From Myxococcota bacterium (GTDB lineage Bacteria > Myxococcota_A > UBA9160 > UBA6930), in the NCBI GenBank assembly GCA_965223415.1, contig OZ245002.1, positions 800,001 to 864,000 on the forward strand: DNA of 64,000 nucleotides, in the 5' to 3' direction. Within the stretch, counting starts at the first letter, position 1. Every line of letters begins with the position of its first letter. The position numbers were made by a program, and so were the translations under genes. The notes below the pieces were generated by a model, which ran no database searches, was not told the DNA's origin, and was given only the letters and a program-made list of their open reading frames with translations. Shown here piece by piece: positions 10,168 through 20,125 of this stretch.

Positions 10168-11165
10168 GCGACGCCCCGATCGTCTCGGTGCTGCTCCCCT
10201 TCCGGGATGCGGCGCCGACCGTCGAAGCCGCCCTGCGCAGCGTGCTGCGGCAGACCGAGGGGAGGCTCGAGTGTGTGGCCGTCGACGACGGCTCCCGCGA
10301 CGACGGCGCTTCGCGGGTGGCCGCCCAGGCCGCCACCGATCCGCGCGTGCGGCTACTGAGGGGAGAGCGGCGGGGGCTCGTGGCGAGCCTGGGCCTCGGG
10401 CTCCACGCCTGTCGCGGGCGCTTCGTCGCGCGCATGGACGCGGACGACTGGATGCACCGCGCCCGCCTGGCCGCCCAGCTCGCCCTGCTGGCGGACGACC
10501 CGGCCCTCGGCGCCGTCGGCTGCCACGTGCGGCTCTTCCCGCGCACCGGACTGAGCCAGGGCATGCGCGCCTACGAAGCCTGGCTGAACGGCCTGGGCTC
10601 CGCCGACGACGTGCACCGGGAGGCCTTCATCGAGTGCCCGATCGCCCACCCCACCCTGCTCGCCCGGCGCGAGCTCGTGTCCTACCGCGAGACCGAGTGG
10701 CCCGAGGACTACGACCTCCTGCTGCGTTGGCGCGAGGCGGGCGTGCGGGTCGGCGTCGTGCCCCGCCGCCTGCACGGCTGGCGCGACCATCCGGAGCGGC
10801 TCTCCCGCCGGGATCCTCGCTACGGCGTCGACCGCTTCGTCGCCTGCAAGGCCGCCTTCCTGGCGAAGGGGCTCCTGGCCGGCGAGGCGTCCTACGTCCT
10901 GTGGGGCTTCGGCGGAACCGGCCGCTCCTTGGCCCGGGCGCTGCGCGGCCACGGCAAGCAGCTGGCGGCGGTCGTCGAGCTGCATCCCGGGCGGCTCGGC
11001 CAATGGATCCACGGGGCGCCGGTCGTGCCGCCGGAGGCCCTGCCGGATCTCCCCCGGCGGCCGCTCCTCGTCTCCGTGGCCGGTGCCAGCGCGCGGCAGG
11101 AGATCCGCGGCGCCCTGGCGCGCATGGGCTTCGTGGAGGTGCGCGACTACCTCTGCACCGCGTAG
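10164..11165 (+). CDS. glycosyltransferase family 2
   Basis: GTGA overlap start; VSVLLP, VDDGSRD, ARMDADD, EDYDLLLR. Confidence 0.88.
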   Translation: MSDAPIVSVLLPFRDAAPTVEAALRSVLRQTEGRLECVAVDDGSRDDGASRVAAQAATDPRVRLLRGERRGLVASLGLGLHACRGRFVARMDADDWMHRARLAAQLALLADDPALGAVGCHVRLFPRTGLSQGMRAYEAWLNGLGSADDVHREAFIECPIAHPTLLARRELVSYRETEWPEDYDLLLRWREAGVRVGVVPRRLHGWRDHPERLSRRDPRYGVDRFVACKAAFLAKGLLAGEASYVLWGFGGTGRSLARALRGHGKQLAAVVELHPGRLGQWIHGAPVVPPEALPDLPRRPLLVSVAGASARQEIRGALARMGFVEVRDYLCTA

Positions 11166-11174
11166 CCTCTCCAG

Positions 11175-12077
11175 GTGCCGGAGCTCCCCGACATCACCGT
11201 CTACCTCGAGGCCATGGCGCCGCGCATCGTCGGCGAGCCCCTCGAGAAGATCCTGCTGCGCGGCATCTCGCTGCTGCGCTCCGTCGACCCGCCGCTCCCG
11301 AGCTTCGAGGGCCAGGTGGTGCGGGAGCTGCGGCGGCTGGGCAAGCGCATCGTCTGGGGCTTCGAGGAGGAGCGCTTTCTCGTCTTCCACCTGATGATCG
11401 CCGGCCGCTTCCGCTGGAAGAAGCGCGGGGCGAAGCCACCGGGCAAGGTAGGCCACGCGGCCTTCCAGTTCCCGAAGGGCAGCCTGGTGCTGACCGAGCA
11501 GGGGACGAAGAAGCGGGCGACGCTCCACGCCGTCCAGGGCGAGGCGGCCCTGGCCGAGCACGACCGCGGCGGAATCTACGTCCTGTCCTGCGACCGGAAC
11601 GCCTTTCGCGAGGCCCTCGTCCGCGAGAACCACACGCTCAAGCGCACGCTGACCGATCCGCGGCTCTTCGACGGCATCGGGGGCGCCTACTCCGACGAGA
11701 TCCTCCACCGCGCCGGGCTCTCGCCGGTGAAGCTCTCCCAGAAGATGAAGGAAGAAGAGATCGATCGGCTCTTCGAGGCGAGCCGAGAGACGCTGCGCTG
11801 GTGGATCGACTACCTGCTCGCCGAGAACGGCGACGGGTTCCCGGAGAAGGTCACCGCCTTCCGGCCCGAGATGGCGGTGCACGGCCGCTACCGCGAGCCC
11901 TGCCCCGTCTGCGAATCGCCGGTGCAGCGCATCGTCCACGTGGACACCGAGACGAACTACTGCGCCACCTGTCAGACGGGAGGCAAGCTGCTCGCCGATC
12001 GCGCGCTCTCCCGGCTCCTCAAGAAAGATTGGCCGCGGACCCTCGAGGAGATGGAGCAGCGGCGTCCCTCCGGCTGA
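11175..12077 (+). CDS. Fpg/Nei family DNA glycosylase
   Basis: N-terminal PELPD, HLMIAG, H2TH (GIGGAYSDEILH), CPVC...CATC zinc finger. Confidence 0.9.
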   Translation: MPELPDITVYLEAMAPRIVGEPLEKILLRGISLLRSVDPPLPSFEGQVVRELRRLGKRIVWGFEEERFLVFHLMIAGRFRWKKRGAKPPGKVGHAAFQFPKGSLVLTEQGTKKRATLHAVQGEAALAEHDRGGIYVLSCDRNAFREALVRENHTLKRTLTDPRLFDGIGGAYSDEILHRAGLSPVKLSQKMKEEEIDRLFEASRETLRWWIDYLLAENGDGFPEKVTAFRPEMAVHGRYREPCPVCESPVQRIVHVDTETNYCATCQTGGKLLADRALSRLLKKDWPRTLEEMEQRRPSG

Positions 12078-12083
12078 GGCGGA

Positions 12084-13928
12084 CTACCGGGGATCGCCGA
12101 TGGGAGCGGCTCGCGCGTCGCCCACGAGCCGCGGCACGTCGGCGCCGCTGAGAGACTCGAGGAAGGCGACCAGGTCCGACTGTTCTTCGGCGGAGAGGCC
12201 CAGGGGCGCAACCCGCGGATCGAGGCCCTCGTTGGGGATGCCGCCGGCGTTGTAGAAGGCGACCACCTCGGAGAGCGTGCCGAGGGAGCCGTCGTGCATG
12301 TAGGGCGGAGTGAGGGCCACGTTGCGCAGGGTCGGCGTGCGGTACTTCCATCGATCCGCGGGATCGAGGGTGATCTCGTAGAGGCCGAGATCCGCCGGGG
12401 GCGTCTCGGAGATCGGGGCGAGGAAGGCGTCGTCCAGCTCCACGAAGGAGCCGGGAGCCACCTCCACCCGGGCGCCTCCGCCGGCGCCCATCGCGCGGGC
12501 GTAGCCGAGGCCGGTGTTGTGCATCCCGTGGTCGGTGAAGAGCGCGTGGTCCGCGCCGATGGGGTGACAGCTGGCGCAGCGCGCGCGACCGGTAAAGAGG
12601 CGGAAGCCCCGCACGGCGGCCTCGCCGAGGGCGCGCTCTTCGCCACCGAAGTGCCAGCGGTCGAAGGGGCTGTTCGCAGAGACGAGGGTGCGCTGGTAGC
12701 TGGCGAGGGCCATGCCCAGGGTCTCCATGCCAGGGCCCCGCCCTTCGAAGGCCGCCTCGAACAGGCCCTCGTAGTCGGGCAGCGCCGCGATCCGTTCGAG
12801 CAGGACGCCCGGAGAGGGATTGCCCATCTCGTTCGCTGCGAGGAGCGGGCCCCACACCTGGCGCTCGAGCTGGCTCTCACGTCCGTCGTGGAAGAGCCGC
12901 CGGGCGTAGGCGACGTTGTAGATCGTCGGGGCGTTGCGACGGACCGTCCGCCCTTCGATGCCCACGGCGGTCGCGAGCTCATGGCTGGTGAGGCCCTGCT
13001 CCGGCACGTGACACATGGCGCAGGAGAAGGTGCCGTTGTGGGAGAGCCGCCGGTCGAAGAAGAGCTTTCGGCCGAGGGCGATGCGCTCGCGGTCCAGCGG
13101 ATTGTCCGCCGGAACCGGAACCGGCGGCAGACCCAGAGGCGGCATCCGGGCGTGGGCCAGGAGGTCCACCGCCACCGTGGGCTCGTCGGTTGCGGCTTCT
13201 TCGGCCCCGGACGAGGCCTCCTCGAGGAGCAGCGTGCGAACGTCGTTCTCGATCACCTCGGCGTGGAGGAAGGAGCTGCTGTAGACGTTGCGGATCCGCA
13301 TCCTCCGATCGATCAGGAACACCCGCAGCACGTGGGAGAACTGGCCGGTCGTGCGCCCCTCCGCGTCGACCTCGGCCTGGATGGCCTGGTCGTAGTCGTC
13401 GAGGATCGGCGTGAGCTCGGTGGGGCCGGCGGTGGTCAGGAAGCGCCAGTCCGCGCGCTCGGAGCGAAACGAGGAGCGGAAGCGGCGCATCACCTCCGGC
13501 GTGTCGCGCTCCGGATCGAAGCTCATGGTAACGAGACGCGCGGCCTTCGCGAGCTCCGGGTCGGCCTCACAACGGGCCTTCAGCCGATCGAGGGTGGCGA
13601 GAGAGAGGGGACAACCCTGGGCGTCGTGGCAGGCCCCGAAGATGAAGCTCAGCACGACGAGCCGGCCGGCGAATAGCTCGTGGAGGCGGTCCGGGCGCCC
13701 GTCCTCGTCGAGCACGTCGCCGTCGGCGGCAGGGCCCAGATCGGCCAGGGCGTAGGAGCCGGGCGCCGGCGCCTCGAATTGCATGCGGGCGTCGGGCGGC
13801 TTCGCCGGCGCCCCAGCCGGAGGCTCGTGGGCCGGCGCCGGTCCGACTCCGAGCGCCGCCGCCGCGAGTGCGAGCGCGGTGGCCCGGGCGAGGCGCAAGC
13901 GTTCCCTACCGCCCGGCGGCGATCGCAC
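12084..13928 (-). CDS. SCO1/SenC-MauG-like diheme cytochrome c fusion (methanethiol oxidase maturation)
   Basis: SCO domain (CHDAQGC, SFDPERDTPE, FSH) plus LGRKLFFD, CAMCH, CASCH, TPTLRNVALTPPYMHDG; directly downstream of mtoX. Confidence 0.85.
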   Translation of the reverse strand: MRSPPGGRERLRLARATALALAAAALGVGPAPAHEPPAGAPAKPPDARMQFEAPAPGSYALADLGPAADGDVLDEDGRPDRLHELFAGRLVVLSFIFGACHDAQGCPLSLATLDRLKARCEADPELAKAARLVTMSFDPERDTPEVMRRFRSSFRSERADWRFLTTAGPTELTPILDDYDQAIQAEVDAEGRTTGQFSHVLRVFLIDRRMRIRNVYSSSFLHAEVIENDVRTLLLEEASSGAEEAATDEPTVAVDLLAHARMPPLGLPPVPVPADNPLDRERIALGRKLFFDRRLSHNGTFSCAMCHVPEQGLTSHELATAVGIEGRTVRRNAPTIYNVAYARRLFHDGRESQLERQVWGPLLAANEMGNPSPGVLLERIAALPDYEGLFEAAFEGRGPGMETLGMALASYQRTLVSANSPFDRWHFGGEERALGEAAVRGFRLFTGRARCASCHPIGADHALFTDHGMHNTGLGYARAMGAGGGARVEVAPGSFVELDDAFLAPISETPPADLGLYEITLDPADRWKYRTPTLRNVALTPPYMHDGSLGTLSEVVAFYNAGGIPNEGLDPRVAPLGLSAEEQSDLVAFLESLSGADVPRLVGDARAAPIGDPR

Positions 13929-15246
13929 CCGCGCCAGGGGCGGACGAGTAGAGCGACCCCGCGCCGAAGCGCATCTGGTGAGCGCGCCCGAGCTTCTGCT
14001 CGATGAAGTCCACGGTCCATTGGTGCGCGAGCTTCTCGCCGTCCCAGTGGTAGAGCTTCACGAACTGCTCGTTCTCCTCGCCCTTCTTGTCCCAGTTCGC
14101 GAGGAGCGAGCTGGAGAAGTAGACCCGCTTCCCGTCCCAGCTCTGGGAGACCATGTTCACTTGCGTGCCGATCCGCTCGGAGAAGATCTCCTTCGGATGG
14201 TGGGGATCGCTGATGTCGAAGAGCCGGGTCGTCCCGTCGAGGAAGGTGTTCACCCAGAGGGTGCGGTCGTCGGCAGAGATCGAGATGTCGACGGGCAGGG
14301 GCACCTTGGCCGGGTCGCCGATGTCGGCGACCGCCTTGGCGCTCCAGGCTCCGTCCGCGGCCCGCTCGACCAACCACAGCTGCGAGGTGAGGGCGGCCGA
14401 GGTGAAGGCGTAGTCGTGATCCGCGCCCCAGGCCCAGCGCACCTCGAGGGGAGCGCCGGGCACGTCGAAGACCTGCTTCGGCTGGCGGGAGTGCAGGTCC
14501 CAGAGGACGACGGTCTTGCCGAAGCGCTTCATCGCCTCCTCGTCCTTCAGCATCTTGCCGAAGTCCATCATGTAGTTGGTCCAGCCGGTGAACGACGTGC
14601 TGAGCATGGCGTTCAGTCGGGGCTGTACGCGGGCATCGTAGTTGTAGCCGTCGGCGAACTCGCCCGCCTTGGTGCTTCCGCGAAGGTCGTCGTCGGTGGG
14701 CATCCAGTGGGTCGCGACCCACTCGCCCTCGTTGGTGTACTCGACCTGCGCCGAGCGGCCGCCGTGGTCCTTGTTGTTGGAGAGCCCGGTGATCAGCATG
14801 CGACCCGGCAGGGCGTAGAAGGTATGGGGACCCACGACGCCGCCGGTCTTGGCCACGAAGTCCGTGATGGTCTTCTCGAGGCGCGGCTTGCCGGGATCCG
14901 AGTGCACGTCGAAGATGAAGATCTTGCTGGTGTCGAGGCCGCCGGCCCACAGGTAGCGGCGGTCGTCGGTGAGGCCCGAGTGGTGGGCCTCGTTGCGGCC
15001 CCCGACGGAGAGGCTGTGCACGACCTGGCCGTAGGTGGCACTGCCCGGGCGCGCGTCGAGGGTGACGAGCTTGTCGGAACCGTCCCCGAGCCCCTCCATG
15101 CCGAGGGTCCAGACGTAGACGAAGTCCTCCTGGCCCACGATCTTGGCCATGTAGGGGGACTGGCAGGTCTCGTCAGCGCGGGCGGCGTAGGCGGCGGCCA
15201 GGACGAGAACGATGCCGAAGATCGTGTAGCGGACGACGAGGGCCAT
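13906..15246 (-). CDS. mtoX: methanethiol oxidase (selenium-binding protein 56 family)
   Basis: Signal peptide, DETCQSPY, EAHHSG, GPHTFYALPGR, FTGWTNYMMD, VSQSWDGKR; SCO/MauG neighbour. Confidence 0.9.
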   Translation of the reverse strand: MALVVRYTIFGIVLVLAAAYAARADETCQSPYMAKIVGQEDFVYVWTLGMEGLGDGSDKLVTLDARPGSATYGQVVHSLSVGGRNEAHHSGLTDDRRYLWAGGLDTSKIFIFDVHSDPGKPRLEKTITDFVAKTGGVVGPHTFYALPGRMLITGLSNNKDHGGRSAQVEYTNEGEWVATHWMPTDDDLRGSTKAGEFADGYNYDARVQPRLNAMLSTSFTGWTNYMMDFGKMLKDEEAMKRFGKTVVLWDLHSRQPKQVFDVPGAPLEVRWAWGADHDYAFTSAALTSQLWLVERAADGAWSAKAVADIGDPAKVPLPVDISISADDRTLWVNTFLDGTTRLFDISDPHHPKEIFSERIGTQVNMVSQSWDGKRVYFSSSLLANWDKKGEENEQFVKLYHWDGEKLAHQWTVDFIEQKLGRAHQMRFGAGSLYSSAPGAGAIAAGR

Positions 15247-15285
15247 CGGGAACCTCCTCCGTGGGTCGGGCGATGGGGTGGGAGC

Positions 15286-16134
15286 CTACCGCAGCAGGCG
15301 CTCGACGACGGCCACCAGGCCGTCCTCGTCGTGGCGGCCGGTCACCCAGTCCGCGGCGGCCTGCACCTCCGGGTGGCCGTTCGCCATGGCGACGCCGAAG
15401 CCGGCGCCGCGGATCATGGTGAGATCGTTGCGCTCGTCGCCCACGGCGCAGACGGCCTCGCCCGGAAGGCCGCGCTCGTCGAGGAGGGCGCCGAGCCCGG
15501 TCCACTTGCACACCCCGGGAGGCCGCACCTCGAGGAACCAGCCGCCGCCGCTCGAGGCGTCGTCGGGCATGGGCAGGATGTGGGTCGCGTAGCGCCCGGG
15601 GAAGCGCTCGTGAACGAGGGCCTCGGCGGCGGCGGCCTCGGCGTGGGGCCCGAAGGCGCAGAGCTCGATCACGTCGTCGCGATCCTCCGAGGCCAGATCG
15701 CGCCGCCATTCGCAGAACTCGCGATTGCGCTCGGCGTAGCGCGAAGTCCAGCCGTTCCAGGCCAGCGCCCCGTCGATCACGAAGTCCGGCCCGCCGTCCG
15801 CGTGGCCGTCCCGCTGCCCGATCCCGGTGATGCCCAGCTCCCGGTAGAGCGACGCCAGCTCGCGCAGCTCCGCCCCGGAGAGCGTACGCCGGTGCAGCGT
15901 CCGGCCGTCCGCCTCCTTCACCAACGCCCCACCGAGGCTGACCGCGGCGACCGCCAGCCCCAGCTGCTCCATCACCCGCCGGGTCGTCCGGTAGCGCCGC
16001 CCCGTCGCGATCACCACCTCCACACCCTCCCCGTGGGCCCGATGCAACGCCTCCCGCGTCCCCGGCGACACCTCGTCCCCCCGCCACGCCAACGTCCCAT
16101 CCACATCCAACGCAATGATCCCGATGTTAAGCAA
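15286..16134 (-). CDS. Cof-type HAD-IIB hydrolase
   Basis: ALDVDGTL, IATGRR, VGDERNDLTM, AMANG. Confidence 0.88.
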   Translation of the reverse strand: MLNIGIIALDVDGTLAWRGDEVSPGTREALHRAHGEGVEVVIATGRRYRTTRRVMEQLGLAVAAVSLGGALVKEADGRTLHRRTLSGAELRELASLYRELGITGIGQRDGHADGGPDFVIDGALAWNGWTSRYAERNREFCEWRRDLASEDRDDVIELCAFGPHAEAAAAEALVHERFPGRYATHILPMPDDASSGGGWFLEVRPPGVCKWTGLGALLDERGLPGEAVCAVGDERNDLTMIRGAGFGVAMANGHPEVQAAADWVTGRHDEDGLVAVVERLLR

Positions 16135-17605
16135 GGGGCCGGTTCCGTTTGTTTCGTTGTTGCGCTTCGGCGAGATCGACGAGGGGGCGGATCTTGTGGA
16201 GGGTCTCGGTCCACTCGTCGGCCGGGTCGGAGTCGGCGACGATGGCGCCGCCGGTGTGGAGGTGGAGGAGGCCGTCCCTGGCGAAGCCGGTGCGGATCAC
16301 GACGGAGAGGTCGCAGCCGCCGGCGACATCGAGGTAGCCCAGGGCGCCGGAGTAGAGGCCGCGGCGAACCGGCTCGAGGCCGGCCAGGAGCTCCATGGCG
16401 GCGAGCTTCGGCGCCCCGGTCATCGAGCCGGGAGGAAACGCGGCCGCCACCGCGTCGAGCGCAGTCGCCCCCGACGCCAGGCGCCCGCGCACCGTCGACA
16501 CCATCTGGAAGACGCTGGCATAGGCCTCCACCGCCATCAGCTCGGGAACGTGGACGCTGCCGATCTCGCACACCCGGCCCAGATCGTTGCGCACCAGATC
16601 GACGATCATCAGGTTCTCGGCGCGATCCTTCGGCGACGCCACCAGCTCCCGCCGGAGGGCGCGATCGGTCTCCGGGTCACTGCCGCGGGGACGCGTGCCC
16701 TTGATCGGCCGGCTCTCCGCCCATCCGTCCGACGTCACCCGCAGGAAGCGCTCCGGAGAGCTACCGAGCACCGCCACGTCGGGAAGCTCGAGGTAGGCGC
16801 CGAAGGGCGCGGGGTTGCCCTCGCGCAGCGCAAGGTAGGCGTCCCACGGCGCCACCGGGAGCCGGTGGGACTCGCGCCGGGTGAGACACGCCTGGTACAC
16901 GTCCCCTGCCCGGATCCGCTCGAGCAGGAAGCGGATGGCCTTGGTGTAGTCCTGCGGCTCGTGGCTCCGGGCGGGCGGATCGCCGGGCGCGGGCGTCGCC
17001 CGCGGCGCAGTTCCGGCGCCGCAGCTCGCTTCGAGCTCCGCCGCTGCCGCCTCGGCCCGCTCCCGTGCCCGGTCCGGGGCCGGGTCGAAGCCGCACCCCA
17101 CCGCCCAGAGCCGCCCCTCCACGTGATCGAAGGCGAAGCAGCGATCCACGAACAGAAGACACAGGTCCGGAAGCCCGAGGTCGTCGCGAGCGGGTAGCGC
17201 GATGCGATCGAGCTGCTCCGCCAGCTCGTAGCCGAACACCCCGACGGCGCCGCCGCTGAAGGGGAGATCGAGGCGAGCCTCCGGCGCAGGCGGCAGGAGC
17301 GCCCGCAGCTGCCCGAGGGCGGGGCCGGCCCTCCGGTGCCTCCCCGGCTCCGGCCAATCGGGCCGTGCAGCGCGGTGCACGCGCAGCTCCCCGACCTCTC
17401 CGAAGCACTGCAACGTGCCGTAGGGCTCGGCTCCGGCGAACGACCAGCGACCGAGGGGCGGCCCCGTCTTGGCGCTGTCGAGCCAGAAGCGCCCCGCGGC
17501 GGGCAGCGCGCCCACGACACCCAGCCAGGCGGCATCCGGGTCGCCCGCCAGGGGAACCGGCCGCGCGACGACGGCGGTAAGGATCGCAGGGGGAGGGGAG
17601 GCCAA
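16127..17605 (-). CDS. pabB: aminodeoxychorismate synthase component I
   Basis: SSPERFL, RPIKGT, ENLMIVDLVRND, FPPGSMTGAPK, VIRT. Confidence 0.85.
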   Translation of the reverse strand: MASPPPAILTAVVARPVPLAGDPDAAWLGVVGALPAAGRFWLDSAKTGPPLGRWSFAGAEPYGTLQCFGEVGELRVHRAARPDWPEPGRHRRAGPALGQLRALLPPAPEARLDLPFSGGAVGVFGYELAEQLDRIALPARDDLGLPDLCLLFVDRCFAFDHVEGRLWAVGCGFDPAPDRARERAEAAAAELEASCGAGTAPRATPAPGDPPARSHEPQDYTKAIRFLLERIRAGDVYQACLTRRESHRLPVAPWDAYLALREGNPAPFGAYLELPDVAVLGSSPERFLRVTSDGWAESRPIKGTRPRGSDPETDRALRRELVASPKDRAENLMIVDLVRNDLGRVCEIGSVHVPELMAVEAYASVFQMVSTVRGRLASGATALDAVAAAFPPGSMTGAPKLAAMELLAGLEPVRRGLYSGALGYLDVAGGCDLSVVIRTGFARDGLLHLHTGGAIVADSDPADEWTETLHKIRPLVDLAEAQQRNKRNRPLA

Positions 17606-17655
17606 GGATCGAACCTAACGGAGCCGCCCACCCCGCGATAGACTCGCCTTCTGCC

Positions 17656-18678
17656 ATGCCCGCCCCGCCCTTCTTTCCCGCCGCCCGTCGCGTCGACCTC
17701 CCCGCCCAGCAGGGCCCCGGCGGCGGCCTCGCCCTCTCGGTGCACGAAGCCGGCGAAGGCCCCGCCGTCGTGCTGTGCCACGGCTTCCCCGAGCTGGCCT
17801 ACAGCTGGCGCCACCAGATGGCACCCCTCGCCGAGGCCGGCTTCCGCGCCATCGCCCCCGACGCCCGCGGCTACGGCGCGAGCGACCGCCCCGAAGGCGT
17901 CGCCGCCTACGACATCCACCACCTCACCGGCGACCTGGTCGCGCTCCTCGACGCCCTCGGCATCGAGAAGGCCGTCTTCTGCGGCCACGACTGGGGCGGC
18001 TTCGTCGTCTGGGCCATGCCCGTCCTGCACCCCGAGCGCACCGCCGGCGTGATCGGCGTGAACACGCCCTACACGCCGCGCTCCCCCGTCGCCCCGACCG
18101 CGATGATGCGCACCCTCGTCGGCGGAAAGGACGAGCGCATGTACATCCTCTGGTTCCAGGAGCCCGGCGTCGCCGAAGGCGTCCTGGACCCCCAGGCCCG
18201 GCTCGTGTTCCAGAAACTGATGCGCAAGGCCGAGGACCCGGCGCAGACCGCCGCGCGCATGCTCGGCGACGACGGCCAGCTCGACATGAACCCCTTCCGC
18301 AAGCTCGAGACCCTGGAGGACGGCGAGCCGCTCCTCACCAAGAACGAGCTCGACGTCTTCGTCCGCACCTTCGAGCGCACCGGCTTCGGCGGCGGCATCC
18401 ACTGGTACCGCAACTTCGACCGCAACTGGGAGACCGCGCCCGACATCGGCGTCGCCAAAATCGAGGTGCCCTGCCTGATGGTCACCGCCGCCTGGGACGG
18501 CGCGCTGCGCCCGGAGATGGCCGCCGGCATGCCCTCCCTGATCCCGGACCTCGAGATGCACCAGATCGAGGAGTGCGGCCACTGGACCCAGCAGGAGAAG
18601 CCGGAAGAGCTGAACCGGCTCCTCGTCGACTGGCTCACCCGCCGCTTCGCGCCCTCCGGCTCAAGCCCCGGCGCCTGA
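17656..18678 (+). CDS. epoxide hydrolase (alpha/beta hydrolase)
   Basis: HGFP, GHDWGG, WYRN, GHWTQQEKP. Confidence 0.9.
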   Translation: MPAPPFFPAARRVDLPAQQGPGGGLALSVHEAGEGPAVVLCHGFPELAYSWRHQMAPLAEAGFRAIAPDARGYGASDRPEGVAAYDIHHLTGDLVALLDALGIEKAVFCGHDWGGFVVWAMPVLHPERTAGVIGVNTPYTPRSPVAPTAMMRTLVGGKDERMYILWFQEPGVAEGVLDPQARLVFQKLMRKAEDPAQTAARMLGDDGQLDMNPFRKLETLEDGEPLLTKNELDVFVRTFERTGFGGGIHWYRNFDRNWETAPDIGVAKIEVPCLMVTAAWDGALRPEMAAGMPSLIPDLEMHQIEECGHWTQQEKPEELNRLLVDWLTRRFAPSGSSPGA

Positions 18679-18694
18679 GGCCGAAGGAACCCCG

Positions 18695-19546
18695 ATGCGC
18701 AGGGTCTGCATCTACCACGCCGGCTGCCCGGACGGCTTCGGCGCCGCCTGGGCCGCCTGGCGGGCCTGGGGCGGGGAGGCCGACTACATCGCCCGCGGCC
18801 ACGAGGACCCCCTGCGCCCGGCGAGCTTCGAGGACGCCCTCGTCGTCTTCGCCGACATCGCGCCGCCGGTGGCCCTGGTCCGCCCCCTCGCCGACGCCGC
18901 CGGCCACCTGGTCGTCCTCGACCACCACCTCTCCGCCATGGACCAGTACAAAGCCGAGCCCGGCCTGGTCGACGGCCTGCGCGGAAGCGGCCACCAGATC
19001 GTCTTCGAGCTCGGCCAGAGCGGCGCCGCCCTCTCCTGGCACCACTTCCACCCGGACGACGAGCTCCCGGAGCTCCTCGCCTACGTGCGGGACCAGGACC
19101 TGTGGAGCTGGAAGCTCCCCCACTCCCGCGAGGTGAACGCCGCCATCGGCTCCTACCCGCGCGCCTTCGACGCCTGGCAGGCCATGGCCGCCCGCCCCAT
19201 CGCCGAGCTGGTCGCCGAAGGCACCTCCCTGGTGCGCGCCCAGGACATCGAGGTCGAGCGCTCCCTCCACGGCGCCCACCCGGTGAGCCTCGGCACCCTC
19301 CGCGTCGAAGCCGTCAACGCCCGCGAGCACCGCAGCCTGATCGGCCACGAACTCGCCACCCGCGCCCGCTTCGGCACCCCCTGTGGCGCCGTCTACCGCC
19401 TCACCGGCACCCGCGTCGACGTCTCGATCTACTCCACCGGCGACTACGACGTCGCCGCCATCGCCCGCCAGCTCGGCGGCGGGGGACACCGGAACGCGTC
19501 GGGGTTCTCGGTGACGTTGGAGGAGTGGCTGGCGAAGTTCGTGTAG
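18695..19546 (+). CDS. DHH/DHHA1 family phosphoesterase
   Basis: YHAGCPDG, LDHH, DQDLW, GGGGHRNASGF. Confidence 0.85.
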   Translation: MRRVCIYHAGCPDGFGAAWAAWRAWGGEADYIARGHEDPLRPASFEDALVVFADIAPPVALVRPLADAAGHLVVLDHHLSAMDQYKAEPGLVDGLRGSGHQIVFELGQSGAALSWHHFHPDDELPELLAYVRDQDLWSWKLPHSREVNAAIGSYPRAFDAWQAMAARPIAELVAEGTSLVRAQDIEVERSLHGAHPVSLGTLRVEAVNAREHRSLIGHELATRARFGTPCGAVYRLTGTRVDVSIYSTGDYDVAAIARQLGGGGHRNASGFSVTLEEWLAKFV

Positions 19547-19627
19547 GGAGCGAGCGGGGTCCGGAGCCCTTCCCCACGAGGTGTAGCCCGCGAAGGAGCG
19601 AGAAGCTCCGTAGGAGATGGATCCCCC

Positions 19628-20119
19628 ATGGAGAAGGGAACCGTGCGTCTCCGCGAGTTCCTCGACGCGGAGGGCATCGACGACGAGATGAGCCACCACC
19701 CACGCGACATCCGGGCCGAGGCCACGGCGGAGCACACCCACACGCCGCCGGGGGAGTTCGCCAAGAGCGTATTCCCGTGGATCGACGGCCAGCCGGCGCT
19801 GGCGGTGGTGTCGGCCAGCCACGGGGTGGCGTTGGCGCGGCTGCGGGATGCGGTGGGAGCCCGCGAGGTGCACGTGGCCACCGAGAGCGACATGCAGCGC
19901 TTCTTCCTGGACTGCGAGATCGGCGCCGCGCCGCCCTTCGGCAATCTCTTCGACGTGCCGGTGTACGCGAGCACGGCGCTCTCGGAGGACGAGACGATCA
20001 CCTTCAACGGCGGCGATCACGAGCACGCCTTCCGCGTTTCCTGGAAGGACTTCGAGCGGGTGGCGCGGCCGAGGATCGTCGCCATGGCGAAGCACGATCC
20101 GCCGGCGCCGGACGCCTGA
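19628..20119 (+). CDS. YbaK/EbsC family aminoacyl-tRNA deacylase
   Basis: FAKSV, CEIGAAPPFG, FNGGDH. Confidence 0.85.
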   Translation: MEKGTVRLREFLDAEGIDDEMSHHPRDIRAEATAEHTHTPPGEFAKSVFPWIDGQPALAVVSASHGVALARLRDAVGAREVHVATESDMQRFFLDCEIGAAPPFGNLFDVPVYASTALSEDETITFNGGDHEHAFRVSWKDFERVARPRIVAMAKHDPPAPDA

Positions 20120-20125
20120 CCGGGC

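Noticed and set aside
9400..12077. Methyltransferase, GT2 and Fpg cluster as a DNA modification system
   Set aside because: The methyltransferase lacks DNA MTase catalytic motifs and the GT2 is of a common type; no evidence beyond adjacency
16129..16154. AAGCAA-GGGGCCGGTTCCGT-TTGTTT, REP-like and AT-rich, at the pabB/HAD junction
   Set aside because: Single copy, wrong length and register, and inside coding sequence; at most a degenerate remnant
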